In this document: positions 52,149 through 63,094 of the stretch, piece by piece
How positions within the stretch are numbered: the stretch's first letter is position 1
How the letters are laid out: the number at the start of each line of letters is the position of its first letter
Assembly: GCA_965217585.1 (NCBI GenBank)
Contig: OZ244561.1
Location: 7,259,735 to 7,323,734, forward strand
Direction of reading: 5' to 3'
Length of the DNA: 64,000 bases
Source of the DNA: Candidatus Latescibacterota bacterium
GTDB taxonomy: Bacteria > Latescibacterota > UBA2968 > UBA8231
The notes under the pieces: generated by a model
What the model was told of the DNA's origin: nothing
The model's database searches: none
The model's input: the letters and a program-made list of their open reading frames with translations, nothing else
Made by a program: the position numbers and the translations under genes

Positions 52149-53369
52149 ATGAAAATCAAATCCATCGACCTAGTCCGCATCGAACGCCCCGACGGCCCTT
52201 CGCTCAGCACCCGATCCCAAGCTGGCTCGACGCTCTCCGCTTCGACGGCCCCCGCCCAGCAGAGCCAACCCCGCCGCAAGGCTTGGCCCACCGAAATTGA
52301 AGTGGCCAACCCGATGTCGCGTTTCCCGCGCTTCAAGCCTCGTCGCCAACTCTACGCCGCCCAGCAATGGCCCGGCTTCGCAGTCAAAGTCACAGCCGAA
52401 GACGGCACTTGGGGTCTAGGCACGGCAGCGGGTCGGCCGGTCGCCGCGGTCGTCGAGGACGCCTTCGCCCATATCCTCACAGGCGAGGACTGCTTGGCCA
52501 TCGACAAGCTGTGGGATATGATGTTCCGCGTCTCCAAATCCTTCGGCACCGTCGGTATTGCCACCGTCGCCATCAGCGCCGTGGACCTAGCGCTGTGGGA
52601 TCTGGCCGGCAAGCTGCAACAAAAACCCGTGTACCAACTCATCGGCGGCCCGGCCCGAGAGCGGATCTTCACCTACGCCACCGGCGACGACGTCGATTGG
52701 TATCGCGAGCTGGGCTTCCGCGCCTTCAAACTCCCCTGCCAGTACGGCCCGGCCGACGGCCTGTGGGGCCTGGACCAAAACGAGCGGCGGGTCGCCGAAG
52801 TCCGCGCACTGGTCGGCGACGATTGCGAGCTCATGCTCGACTGCTACATGGCCTTTGACGTCGAATACAGCGTCCGCCTAGCCGAGCGCCTCAGACCCTA
52901 CAAGTTGCGCTGGCTGGAGGAGTGCCTGATCCCCGAAGACGTCAAAAGTCACATCAAACTCAAAGAGTGCCTGCCTTGGCAAACACTGGCCAGCGGCGAA
53001 CACTTCTACACGCACTATCCCTACCAGCAGATGATCGAACACCGCGCCCTCGACGTGCTGCAACCCGATATCCACTGGGTCGGCGGACTGACCGCCTGTA
53101 TCAAAATCTGCCACATGGCCGAGGCCGCCGGCCTTGAAGTCTGCCTCCACGGCGGTGGACGCGATCCCTATGGCCAACACTTGACTTGGGCAATGCCCAA
53201 CACGCCTTGGGGCGAATACTACATCGGCTCGGACCCGGGGATCCCGCTAGAGGAAGTAGCCGAGCCCGGGGCGCTGGTGCCCAAAGACAGCTATCTGGAA
53301 TTTGTGCCACGAGGACCGGGCTTCGACCTCGGGATCGAGGAGGATTGGCTGGTGCCATTCGGGTCATAA
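52149..53369 (+). CDS. Enolase-superfamily acid-sugar dehydratase (L-rhamnonate dehydratase-like)
   Basis: VANPMS, AISAVDLALWDL, LMLDCYM, WLEE, SGEH, QPD. Confidence 0.85.
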   Translation: MKIKSIDLVRIERPDGPSLSTRSQAGSTLSASTAPAQQSQPRRKAWPTEIEVANPMSRFPRFKPRRQLYAAQQWPGFAVKVTAEDGTWGLGTAAGRPVAAVVEDAFAHILTGEDCLAIDKLWDMMFRVSKSFGTVGIATVAISAVDLALWDLAGKLQQKPVYQLIGGPARERIFTYATGDDVDWYRELGFRAFKLPCQYGPADGLWGLDQNERRVAEVRALVGDDCELMLDCYMAFDVEYSVRLAERLRPYKLRWLEECLIPEDVKSHIKLKECLPWQTLASGEHFYTHYPYQQMIEHRALDVLQPDIHWVGGLTACIKICHMAEAAGLEVCLHGGGRDPYGQHLTWAMPNTPWGEYYIGSDPGIPLEEVAEPGALVPKDSYLEFVPRGPGFDLGIEEDWLVPFGS

Positions 53370-53410
53370 CCCGGATCGGCTTACGACAACCTTATCTGCT
53401 TGGATAGACT

Positions 53411-54541
53411 ATGACCGAACAAACCTACGACCTATTGGTGCGCGCCCCGCGCCTCTTCTGCGCGGATAGCGGCCTAGACGGCCCTGGCGCAGTAGCTATT
53501 CGCGGCGACCGCATTGTCGCCTCTGGCCCTGGCATCGAGGGACCGGCTCACAGCGTGCTCGACTTTCCCGACGCCCTCCTCCTTCCCGGCCTAGTCGATC
53601 TGCACGCCCATCCGGCCCGCGGCCAATCGCGCTTCGGCATCGACCCGGACATTCACTTTTTGCCGCGCGGCGTCACCACCGTCATGTCCCAAGGCGATGC
53701 CGGAGCCTTGAACATAGACGACTACCGCCGCACCGTGATCGAAGCCTCGCGCACCCGCGTGCTCCTGGCCATCAATCTGTGCAAACACGGCGAGACGCAT
53801 CCGGTGCGCTGCTTCAACGACTTGGCCGACGCCGACGCCCAAGCCTGCGCCGACGCCATTGCCGCGGACGACCGCAGCATTTGGGGCATTGCCGTCACCG
53901 TCACCGGCGGGGCCTGCGCCGACGACCTCGACCCGCGCCCCATTATGGCCGCTGGGCTGGAGGCCGCGGAATTGAGCGGCAAACCGCTGCTGGTAGGCAC
54001 CCGCCTCAAACCCGACTGGCCCCGCCGCGAACAACTCCCCCTGTTGCGCCCCGGCGATGTGGTGACCTACTCACTCAATGCCCTGCCCGAAAACCTGCTG
54101 GACGGCAACCGCATAGCCAACGACGTATGGCAGGCCCGCCAGCGCGGCGTCCTCTTCGACTTGGGCCACGGCATGAACTCCTTCAGCTTTCCCATTGCCG
54201 AGGCCACTATTGCCCAAGGATTTCTCGTCGATACAGTTTCAACCGACCAATACAACCGCCATGTTGACAGCCGTCCCCAGCACGATCTGCCCCGCACGAT
54301 GTCCAAACTCATCGCCGCCGGCATGACCGAAGCGGATGTATTCGCCCGCGCCACCGCCCGCCCCGCCGAGGTGTTAGGCCTCAAGGGCGAAGTCGGCACC
54401 TTGGCCCCAGGTGCCTGCGCCGACTTGGCGGCGCTGCGCTGGAACGAATCGGCTCTGCCCTTGCGCGACGTCAACGGCGAGGAGCGGCCCGGCGGCTGTT
54501 GGGAGCCGGTGGCTACCATTCGCGGCGGCCAAGTGGTTTAG
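53411..54541 (+). CDS. Amidohydrolase-family metallo-hydrolase (dihydroorotase-like/deacetylase)
   Basis: PGLVDLHAH, FDLGHG..SFSF, STD, GTLAPGACAD. Confidence 0.83.
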   Translation: MTEQTYDLLVRAPRLFCADSGLDGPGAVAIRGDRIVASGPGIEGPAHSVLDFPDALLLPGLVDLHAHPARGQSRFGIDPDIHFLPRGVTTVMSQGDAGALNIDDYRRTVIEASRTRVLLAINLCKHGETHPVRCFNDLADADAQACADAIAADDRSIWGIAVTVTGGACADDLDPRPIMAAGLEAAELSGKPLLVGTRLKPDWPRREQLPLLRPGDVVTYSLNALPENLLDGNRIANDVWQARQRGVLFDLGHGMNSFSFPIAEATIAQGFLVDTVSTDQYNRHVDSRPQHDLPRTMSKLIAAGMTEADVFARATARPAEVLGLKGEVGTLAPGACADLAALRWNESALPLRDVNGEERPGGCWEPVATIRGGQVV

Positions 54542-54574
54542 CGCCACCCATTTTCATTCAGAGGATTAAACACT

Positions 54575-55474
54575 ATGACCGACAAACTAGCGCGTGGGAT
54601 CTGGCCCGCGCTCGTCACCCCGTTCACCGACGACGGCAGCGCCTTGGCTCCCGCACGCGTCGAGCCGCTCGTCAGGCACTTGATCGACGCTGGCTCTCAC
54701 GGCTTCTTCGTCTGCGGCGGCACGGGCGAAGGGATCGCCATGAGCGTGCCCGAGCGCAAAGCCATGACTGAAGCGACCATCGCCGCGGTCGCCGATGCCG
54801 TGCCGCTGATCTTCCAAGTCGGCGCGACATCCACGGCCAATGCGGTGGAATTGGCCCGGCACGCGGCGGCCGCCGGTGCGGACGCAGTGGCTTCGGTTGC
54901 GCCGATGGATCAGCCCAACGACCTCCAAGCTGCGGTCGCCCACTACGCAGCTATTGGCGCGGCTACCGATCTGCCTTTCTACGTGTATTGGCTCGCCCAC
55001 ACTGCCGCCAAGGACGTTACGGCCGAACAGTTCCTCGACGCCATGCAAGCCGTGCCCAACTTCAGCGGCGTCAAGTTCACCGACAGCAACTTCTACTTCT
55101 TCCAGCGCCTCGTGCAGCTAGGCGGCGGCCGCCTCAACCTCATCTCCGGCCCCGACGAAATCTGCCTCGGCGGCATGGTCGCCGGCAGCGACGCGGCCAT
55201 TGGCTCGACCTACAACATCATGCCCAAACTGTTCGTGGAGATGCGACAGCACTTTGAAGCGAGCGATATCCGGCCGGCCATGGCCCTGCAAGCGCGCGCC
55301 AATGAGGTCATCTCCACCTTGTTCCACTTTGACCTGCTAGGAGCCGTCAAGGAGATTTTGACCATGCGTGGGCTGCCTGTCGGCCCTGCCCGCCCGCCCC
55401 ACATCCCGTTCGACGACGCAGCCCGCGCCGCGCTGTGCCGGGCACTAGACGACCTCGGCTTCGCGGTGGAATGA
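54575..55474 (+). CDS. DHDPS/N-acetylneuraminate lyase family aldolase
   Basis: ALVTPF, GGTGEG, Y in FYVY, K in GVKFT, IGSTYN. Confidence 0.88.
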   Translation: MTDKLARGIWPALVTPFTDDGSALAPARVEPLVRHLIDAGSHGFFVCGGTGEGIAMSVPERKAMTEATIAAVADAVPLIFQVGATSTANAVELARHAAAAGADAVASVAPMDQPNDLQAAVAHYAAIGAATDLPFYVYWLAHTAAKDVTAEQFLDAMQAVPNFSGVKFTDSNFYFFQRLVQLGGGRLNLISGPDEICLGGMVAGSDAAIGSTYNIMPKLFVEMRQHFEASDIRPAMALQARANEVISTLFHFDLLGAVKEILTMRGLPVGPARPPHIPFDDAARAALCRALDDLGFAVE

Positions 55475-56079
55475 GGGCCATTCCCCTCCCGGACGGCGAC
55501 CTGCGCTACGCCCCCGACTTTTTGGCCCCTGCCGAGGCCGACGAATTTATGCGGCAACTGTTGGATGGCATTGAGTGGCAACAGCATCACGTCGTCGTCT
55601 TTGGCCGCCAGCTTCCCGCGCCGCGTCTCTCGGCGTGGCACGGGTCTGCAGAGGCCCACTACGCCTATTCGGGGCTGGCGCTGGCACCGCGCCCGTGGAC
55701 CGCGCCGCTGCTGACGCTCAAGACGCGCATCGAAGCGGCCGCCGACTGTCCCTTCAACAGCGTCTTGCTCAATCAGTACCGCGATGGCCGCGACAGTATG
55801 GGCTGGCACAGCGACGACGAGCCAGAACTGGGAACTAACCCGACGATCGCCTCGCTGAGTTTGGGTGGGTCGCGGCGCTTCATCCTGCGGCACAAGCGCC
55901 GCGACCGCCCCCCGGTCGAAATCCCTCTGGGGCCCGGTGCGCTCCTCATCATGCGCGGCCCGACCCAAACCTACTGGCAGCACCAAGTCCCCAAGACCCG
56001 CCGTCCGTGCGCCCTGCGCCTCAACCTCACCTTCCGTTGCATCGTCGCTACTCAACGACCGCCCACCGATGTGCCTTAA
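55471..56079 (+). CDS. alkB: AlkB-family 2OG-Fe(II) dioxygenase (ALKBH2/3-like)
   Basis: FNSVLLNQYRDGRDSMGWHSDDE, SLSLG, WQHQVPK, RLNLTFR. Confidence 0.9.
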   Translation: MRAIPLPDGDLRYAPDFLAPAEADEFMRQLLDGIEWQQHHVVVFGRQLPAPRLSAWHGSAEAHYAYSGLALAPRPWTAPLLTLKTRIEAAADCPFNSVLLNQYRDGRDSMGWHSDDEPELGTNPTIASLSLGGSRRFILRHKRRDRPPVEIPLGPGALLIMRGPTQTYWQHQVPKTRRPCALRLNLTFRCIVATQRPPTDVP

Positions 56080-56950
56080 CCCCCTGCCCCTGCACTGCCT
56101 CTAGCGACTCCACCCACCGCCGACACCATTCGTCGTAGTCCCTCAGCTCAGACGCGGGGTTGGACCGGCTGCGGGCCACGAAGTCGGGATGGAAGGGGCG
56201 ACCGGTCGGCGTCCCCGTCTTCTGATAGCGCAAATCCATGCTCCAGCGCACAGTGTCCGCGTGGTTGGGTGTCGAGCGGTGGGGCGTCTGCTTGTCCATC
56301 AGCAGCACGTCGCCTTTGTCCATCGGCAAGGTGAGCGGCGCGACCGGCGGCATTTCCTCGTCGATGATCACTGTGCCCAAACCCTGCTTGATGTGGTGCC
56401 GTACCAGTCCGTTCCCGTGCGCTCGCGGCACGATCTGCAAACAGCCGTTTTCCGGCGTCGCCGCGCACAGCGGCAGCCATACTGTGAGGATGAAGTGCGG
56501 GTCGGCTTCCTCCCAAGTAACGCCGGCGTCTTGGTGCCAGGGGGCCACGTGCGGGTCGCTGCCGCCCGGCGTCAGGCCAGCGGGCAGTTTGGCGCGGGTG
56601 TGCTGGATGGGGCTACAGGTGATCTCCGGTCCGACCAAACTCTCGGCCATATCGAGCAGACGGTCGTTGCGCAAAAATTCAAACGAGGCCCGCCCGCGAA
56701 AGCGCATGATGTCGAGCTCTTTGTAGATCGCGTCGTCTTCGCGGCAGATCGAGATGAGGCGGCGATCGAAAGGTTCGTCCGCATACAGGGCCGAAATGTC
56801 GCCGGCTGCCAACAGCTCCCCGGCGCGGCGGTCAATGTATTCTTCATACTCGGTGATGATCGGGTCCAGATCGGCGGCGGTCAGTGCACCGTGCAGCAGC
56901 AGATAGCCGTCCTCCGCGAATTGGGCGACCTGTTCGGGGCTTAGTTGCAT
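56048..56950 (-). CDS. PhyH-family dioxygenase
   Basis: FAEDGY, PWHQD, ENGCL, HRSTPN...RWSMDLRY. Confidence 0.9.
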   Translation of the reverse strand: MQLSPEQVAQFAEDGYLLLHGALTAADLDPIITEYEEYIDRRAGELLAAGDISALYADEPFDRRLISICREDDAIYKELDIMRFRGRASFEFLRNDRLLDMAESLVGPEITCSPIQHTRAKLPAGLTPGGSDPHVAPWHQDAGVTWEEADPHFILTVWLPLCAATPENGCLQIVPRAHGNGLVRHHIKQGLGTVIIDEEMPPVAPLTLPMDKGDVLLMDKQTPHRSTPNHADTVRWSMDLRYQKTGTPTGRPFHPDFVARSRSNPASELRDYDEWCRRWVESLEAVQGQGVKAHRWAVVE

Positions 56951-57031
56951 AAGGCATTCTCCTGATGGATTGTAGAGTGCGGCGATAATCTACAATTTTT
57001 CGTCGGTGCCGCGCTAACATTGTTATATTTA

Positions 57032-57215
57032 CAACGCTGGACAAGCACTCGTGTCCATTCCCCTGATTCGTCTGTCGGGTCGCAGCGTGTGCGCCCACTT
57101 AAACCTCGACGAAGAGGTAGCCGCTTTTATCGACTCCGAGGCGCGAAGACGCAAAATGACCCGCACGGCCTATATCTCCTATATGGCGCGAAGAATCGCG
57201 CAAATGGGCGGCTAA
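57032..57215 (+). pseudogene. HicB-like antitoxin C-terminal remnant
   Basis: Manual translation ALVSIPLIRLSGRSVCAHLNLDEEVAAFIDSEARRRKMTRTAYISYMARRIAQMGG* (RHH-like); no convincing start. Confidence 0.55.
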
Positions 57216-57789
57216 AGGCCGGACCGCCCTGAATTCCAGCGAAACATCGAACGAGCCGAAATTCCGGTCAATCAGGACGCGGCCAGCGTCCTTTGCACGT
57301 CGAACTGGAAAAAAAAGAAACGAGCCGTGTAATGCCCCGAGAGGCACCGCTTATATGCAGCGCTGTGGCCTAGACGGAATCATTGATAGTTCACCGGTCA
57401 ATTATCGCCGTGGAGTAGTCAATCTGATTAAACTGAGCGGTGGCGAACTAGCCGGCCGTCCCGTATTCGATCTTTAAGCTGAAAGAGTCTGGTGGCACCC
57501 CGGACAACCTGGGTGATCTGTCGGCTGCCGATGCTCGTGAACGCCTACGGAAGATGGCAGCGGCATCGGACATCGTTTTGGAGCTTGCCGCCACCATCGT
57601 CCATCTGAGGAAAGAGGGCTACGCCGAGCAGACCATCGAAGAGTTGAAAATTCTCAAACCCCTCAAAGCGACGGACGGGCTGATCGAGAAAGCCAAGGCT
57701 CTGCTGTGCGACCTTGGACTCGAAGAAGACGCCACGCTTGCAGACTCGCCCGCGCCATAGAGGGAGTTGGCGCACCTGATCCATGCAGC

Positions 57790-57972
57790 TAAAACAATAT
57801 CAAGTCGATCACCTGCTCAACACGCGCGGCATGACCATCGCTGCGCTGATGCGTTGCAAATTCCTACTCGCCAAGAAAATCGACAACAAGATCGCGGATA
57901 TTCGCCAAGCGGAACGAAGCAGCGTCTATCAGCAGTACCTCTTGGTGCCCGCGGCCAAGTTCCAGTTTGATT
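57790..57972 (+). pseudogene. Internal fragment resembling a type III restriction Res subunit
   Basis: HLLNTRGMTIAALMRCKFLLAKKI..KIADIRQAER..VYQQYL; resemblance recalled, not searched. Confidence 0.45.
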
Positions 57973-58066
57973 TACACGCAATCTGCGAAGACCTTCGCAA
58001 GCAAGAAAAGACCTGTGGCCACCCCATCGCGTCTCTTCCGCCCAAATGCATCCCAAAGGAACCGTC

Positions 58067-58792
<726 letters not shown>

Positions 58793-58805
58793 ACATCCTC
58801 CTGTG

Positions 58806-59012
58806 TCAACTTTGGAAAAGGCGCGAATAGAGATCGTCGTGTACGCTCTGGGCGATGTCTAGCTATGGCGCACAGCGCGTCGCTTGTGCGTATGGTCGCC
58901 CTGCCACTTCCGCCAGCAATTCCTCGCAATGCACATACAGGCCCAACTGCCGTCGCGTGGCCCCCATTGGCCCGACGATCCCGAGACGCACCGCAGCGCT
59001 CATCTGGTCCCT
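58806..59012 (-). pseudogene. ureF: ureF 3' remnant
   Basis: [15 protein letters not shown]...[19 protein letters not shown]; 5' two-thirds missing, internal stop and frameshift. Confidence 0.8.
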
Positions 59013-59936
59013 GGTTTCTCCGCCGGTTCACAAGTAATCTCCTCGCCGTCAACGTTCACCTTATAGGTCTCCGGGTCAACCTCGATATTGGGCACCACGT
59101 CGGCTTGCCCGTCTCCACCGAGCCGATCTGGGCCGAGAGCCCGTGGGCAATAGCTGGATTGATAGTGTATTTGGCGACATAGCGCCGCGCACGATAGTTA
59201 TCGGCTCCGCCCGCATCTTCGGGCAACAGGCCCCGCTGCTGGCGCATCTTGTGCGCCGTCTGCCAAGTCCGGCACACCACCTCCCCCACTCGACCCATCG
59301 CTTGGCTGTCCGAGGCGATGATCGACAGCGCGCCCAAGTCGTGCAAAATGTCTTCGGCGGCGATAGTCTCCTGACGGATCCGGCTCTCGGCAAACGCCAC
59401 GTCCTCGGGGATATTCTTGTCGAGGTGGTGGCATTCGTTCCGGTCGCCGGGCCGGTGCCGCCCCCGAGCATCGTGGTGATGCCCGAGGCGATGGCTTCTT
59501 CAACTTGCTGCGGACAGATAAAATGCACGTGTGCGTCCAGCGCCCCAGCCGTCAAAATCAGCTTTTCCCCGGCCACCACTTCGGTGGTCGCGCCGACGAC
59601 CATCTGCTCGGCGACCCCCGACATAATGTCCGGGTTGCCAGCTTTGCCAATCCCGGCTATGCGCCCGTCCTTGACGCCGATATCGGCTTTGTAAATGCCC
59701 GTGTAGTCGAGCACCAGCGCGTTGGTGATTACCAAGTCCAGCGCCTCTTTTTGGCTCGTGCCGCTCTGCTGCCCCATGCCGTCGCGCAGCACTTTGCCGC
59801 CGCCGAACTTGCACTCCTCGCCGTACACGGTGTGATCCTGCTCGACCTCAACGACCAAGTCCGTGTCGCCCAGCCGCACCCGGTCGCCGGTGGTGGGGCC
59901 GTACATATCCGCATAAGCGCGTCGATCAATACGCAT
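59013..59936 (-). pseudogene. ureC: Urease alpha subunit with multiple internal deletions
   Basis: [18 protein letters not shown]...DAHVH..GTNATT | [18 protein letters not shown]...KYTINPA..ETGK | [21 protein letters not shown]. Confidence 0.92.
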
Positions 59937-59938
59937 AG

Positions 59939-60380
59939 CTACTCCGCTCCTAAAAAGCCGCGCTCTTTCGCCCGCGCCAGCGCCGCCCGCTTGTTGTCGT
60001 CGTTCAAGGCCCCGCCGATCAAACCCCACCTGCACGGGGCGGTCGCCCATATTCGCCACTTCGAGTTCCACCTTTTCGCGGCCAGCGTTGAGCGCGAGTT
60101 CCTCATCCGCGTCCAGCGCTTCCCCAGGCGCGGCGCTGGACGCGTTGTCCGGCGACCACGTTTCCCCCACCCGCACCAGCCCCGACCCATAGAGCGCCAA
60201 CTCGGCGTTGCCGCGCGCCCGGCAGATCGGCTGATGGACCGTCACCAGCTTGGTACCGTCGGGAAACGTGCCCTCCACCTGCACCTCGTGCACCATCTCC
60301 GGGATCCCTGGCAACACATCTTCAAGACCGAGCAATTGCTTGCCCTTGTCCATCAAGGTAGCGACCCGCTCGCCATCTCG
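59939..60380 (-). pseudogene. ureA: Fused urease gamma-beta subunit, 5'-truncated and internally deleted
   Basis: [23 protein letters not shown] linker, NAGR...N.GDRPVQVG | [10 protein letters not shown]. Confidence 0.88.
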
Positions 60381-60891
60381 ACGGCTGGATGCCTTCGGTC
60401 GGTTCGTCCAGCATCAGGACCTTAGGGTCGCCGACCAGCGCCCGGGCAATGGCCAACTGCTGTTGCTGTCCACCGCTCAAATTGCCGCCCATCCGCTCCT
60501 GCATTTCCGCCAACACCGGAAAGAGCGCGAACACCTCTTCGGGCACCTCGCCACCGCCACCGCGCGCCTGCAAGCCGATCTCCAAGTTTTCCCGCACCGT
60601 CAACTGCGGAAAAATCTCGCGGCCTTGTGGCACATAGCCCAACCCCCGCCGGGTGCGCTGGTCGGTCGTCAGCGCGGTGACATCCTCGCCGGCAAGAAAC
60701 ACCCGCCCCTTGCTCGGTGCCAACAGCCCCATAATCGCCTTGAGCAGCGTCGTTTTGCCGACGCCATTGCGCCCCATCACCGCCACAATCAAGCCGCTGG
60801 GAACCCGCAAGCTAATATCCCGCAAGATGCGGCTGCCTCCGTAGTGGACATTCAGCTCCTCCACCGCCAGCGTGGTCTCAACCGGCTGCAT
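60381..60891 (-). pseudogene. urtE: Urea ABC transporter ATPase UrtE, 3'-truncated
   Basis: GRNGVGKT, YVPQGREIFPQL, LSGGQQQQ; ends at [10 protein letters not shown] and is fused to ureA. Confidence 0.85.
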
Positions 60892-61642
60892 TGCCCTCCC
60901 CCCGTTCCATGGCCGTTCCCAGATAGCACTCAATGACGCGCGGATCGCTCTGCACCGTTTCCATCGGCCCTTCCACTAGGATTTTGCCCTCGTGTAGCAC
61001 CGTTACTTTGCGGGCGATTTGCCGCACGAATTCCATATCGTGCTCAATGACAATTAGAGCGTGATCTTCCGCTAGCCCTTGGAGGATCTCCCCAGTGCGG
61101 AAAGTCTCTTCGTCGGTCATGCCCGCGGCTGGCTCATCTACCAAAAAGAGCGTAGGGTCCTGCAAGATGACCATGGCGATCTCCAGCCACTGCTTCTGGC
61201 CGTGCGACAGAGTACCGGCGACCTCGTCAAGCGCATCCTCTAGCCCCGTGCGCTCGGCCACTTCCTCAATCCGGCGACGCTCGGCCGCTTTGAGCCGGTG
61301 GAACAGCGAGGCGAAGACGCCGCGGTTGGCCTTCACGGCTAGCATCAAATTGTCGGCGACGGTCAGCGAAGTAAAAACCGTCGGCGCTTGGAACTTGCGG
61401 CCCACCCCGAGATCGACGATTTCGTCCTCACTCAGCTTGGTCAGGTCCTGATCCCTGAAATAGGCGTGGCCGGCGTCGGGCCTAGCCCGGCCACAGAGTA
61501 CGTCGAGCAGGGTGGTCTTGCCCGCGCCATTGGGGCCAATGACCACCCGCAGCTCGTTTTGGGCGACCTCAAAGATGTCGATATCCAGCGCCTTGAAGCC
61601 GTCGAACGACACACTCAACTTCTGCACGTATAGATTGTCCAT
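60878..61642 (-). CDS. urtD: Urea ABC transporter ATPase UrtD
   Basis: SFDGFKAL, GPNGAGKT, GRKFQ.P, LSHGQKQWLEI; appears full length. Confidence 0.9.
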   Translation of the reverse strand: MDNLYVQKLSVSFDGFKALDIDIFEVAQNELRVVIGPNGAGKTTLLDVLCGRARPDAGHAYFRDQDLTKLSEDEIVDLGVGRKFQAPTVFTSLTVADNLMLAVKANRGVFASLFHRLKAAERRRIEEVAERTGLEDALDEVAGTLSHGQKQWLEIAMVILQDPTLFLVDEPAAGMTDEETFRTGEILQGLAEDHALIVIEHDMEFVRQIARKVTVLHEGKILVEGPMETVQSDPRVIECYLGTAMERGEGNAAG

Positions 61643-61655
61643 CGCCCAACTCTCG

Positions 61656-62048
61656 TTACGCGGCCACCGGCCGCCGACGCAAGCGCCCGACTATGCCGGC
61701 GACGCCCTCGGGAAAGAACAGCACCACCCCGACAAAGAGCGCGCCGAGGAAGTAGAGCCAAGTGCCGGGAAACGCGCCGGTGAGGAAGCTGTAGAGCAAG
61801 TTGACCAGCACAGCCCCGACGATAGCGCCCACCAGCGTCCCCCGACCGCCGACCGCCGTCCACACCACGATCTCAATCGAAGCCTGCACGTCCATCCGCC
61901 CCGGCGTGATAATGCCGGTCTGCGGCACGTAAAGCATTCCCCCCAAGCCCGCCAAGGCGCTGGCGACGACAAAGACGAAGAGCTTGTAGCGGGTAATGTG
62001 GTAGCCGATAAAGCGCAGGCGATGCTCGCTGTCGCGAGATGCGCTCAC
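61656..62048 (-). pseudogene. urtC: urtC permease, C-terminal third only
   Basis: RDSEHRLRFIGY, LYVPQTGII.P, AVGGRGTL. Confidence 0.82.
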
Positions 62049-62295
62049 AGTTCCTCACTCCGTCCTTTGGCGGGAAAGAGGCCAGTCGGGCGCGATTGCA
62101 AGAAGACGATGATCAATCCCAACAGGATGCCCTTGCCGTAAACAGCTTCAAAGAGCGGTTCGAGCATCTTGTTGAAAATGCCGATCCCCAGCCCGGCGCT
62201 GATCGTGCCCAGCAGCTTGCCGACCCCGCCGGTGACGACCACGAGGAACGAATCGACGATATAGGTCTGACCCATATTGGGCACGACGTTCCCGA
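62045..62295 (-). pseudogene. urtB: urtB permease, C-terminal fragment
   Basis: GNVVPNMGQTYIVDSFLVVVTGGVG, FLQSRPTGLF. Confidence 0.82.
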
Positions 62296-62342
62296 AAATA
62301 AAGACAGATATGTGATGTTTTATGAATTTGGTATCGAAGAGA

Positions 62343-63089
62343 TCAATACTTTCGGCGCAGTGGATTTTCGCCTAGGACTTGGGGCAGCGATACGGCCGTG
62401 GCAAGCGCGTGCAGGATTCCCTCTAGATCGCCATTGGTACGCCCCAAGGCGCGGAGCGCGAGCACTCCAGGACGAGGTTCGACGAGCGAAACTAAAGTGG
62501 CTCTACTGGTCCCGCGCGTCCGCTGGCCGGTAAGCATTGGCGCTAAGGCATGGCGTAGTACTTCCTCGACGGCATGGCGCGCTGGGTCGCCGACGATAAA
62601 GGCGTTGGCGAATGCAGTGTATTGGCCAAAAGCCCCAACGCCGTCGGGTGCCTGCCGCTTGGGCTGCAAGCTCAAGCGTTCAGCCAACACCAGTTTGCTT
62701 TCCAAGTAGATGGAGATATTAGATGTATAAGAGCTATAGTGGAACCGCTCGCCTCGTTCACCCCGGCCTGCAGTACCTCCATCGAGCAAGACCAGCAAGG
62801 CTCCCGCGTCCAGATGCCGGACCTGCTCCTGCACAAAGGCGCTGTCGGCATAGGGCACCAGCGGGTCGGGTAGCGAGACTACGCAAGCGCCTGATTCGAT
62901 GTGCCCTGCGAGCTTCTGGCGCGCAACTTGACCGTCGGTGGCCTTGTATACTTTGGTAAAGGCTTGGGTGCCCAAAAAGAGCTTGGCCTCCCGGCCGCAG
63001 CGCACGCGCAATCGGGCGCAATCGCCAGCGACTAGGCCGCCGCCGCCCCCGACGCGGCTCACTTCGACGATGGACCAAGCCTCGTCCAT
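62343..63089 (-). CDS. ureD: Urease accessory protein UreD, probably with an N-terminal internal deletion
   Basis: GGGLVAGD, TQAFTKVYK, PDPLVPYADS, GRGERGERF. Confidence 0.82.
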   Translation of the reverse strand: MDEAWSIVEVSRVGGGGGLVAGDCARLRVRCGREAKLFLGTQAFTKVYKATDGQVARQKLAGHIESGACVVSLPDPLVPYADSAFVQEQVRHLDAGALLVLLDGGTAGRGERGERFHYSSYTSNISIYLESKLVLAERLSLQPKRQAPDGVGAFGQYTAFANAFIVGDPARHAVEEVLRHALAPMLTGQRTRGTSRATLVSLVEPRPGVLALRALGRTNGDLEGILHALATAVSLPQVLGENPLRRKY

Positions 63090-63094
63090 ACCTA

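Noticed and set aside
59076-60356. 426-aa ORF that looks like a single-chain gamma-beta-alpha urease
   Set aside because: The read-through is caused by the deletion in beta. The natural beta end ([14 protein letters not shown]) and the ureC ATG at 59936 are still visible.
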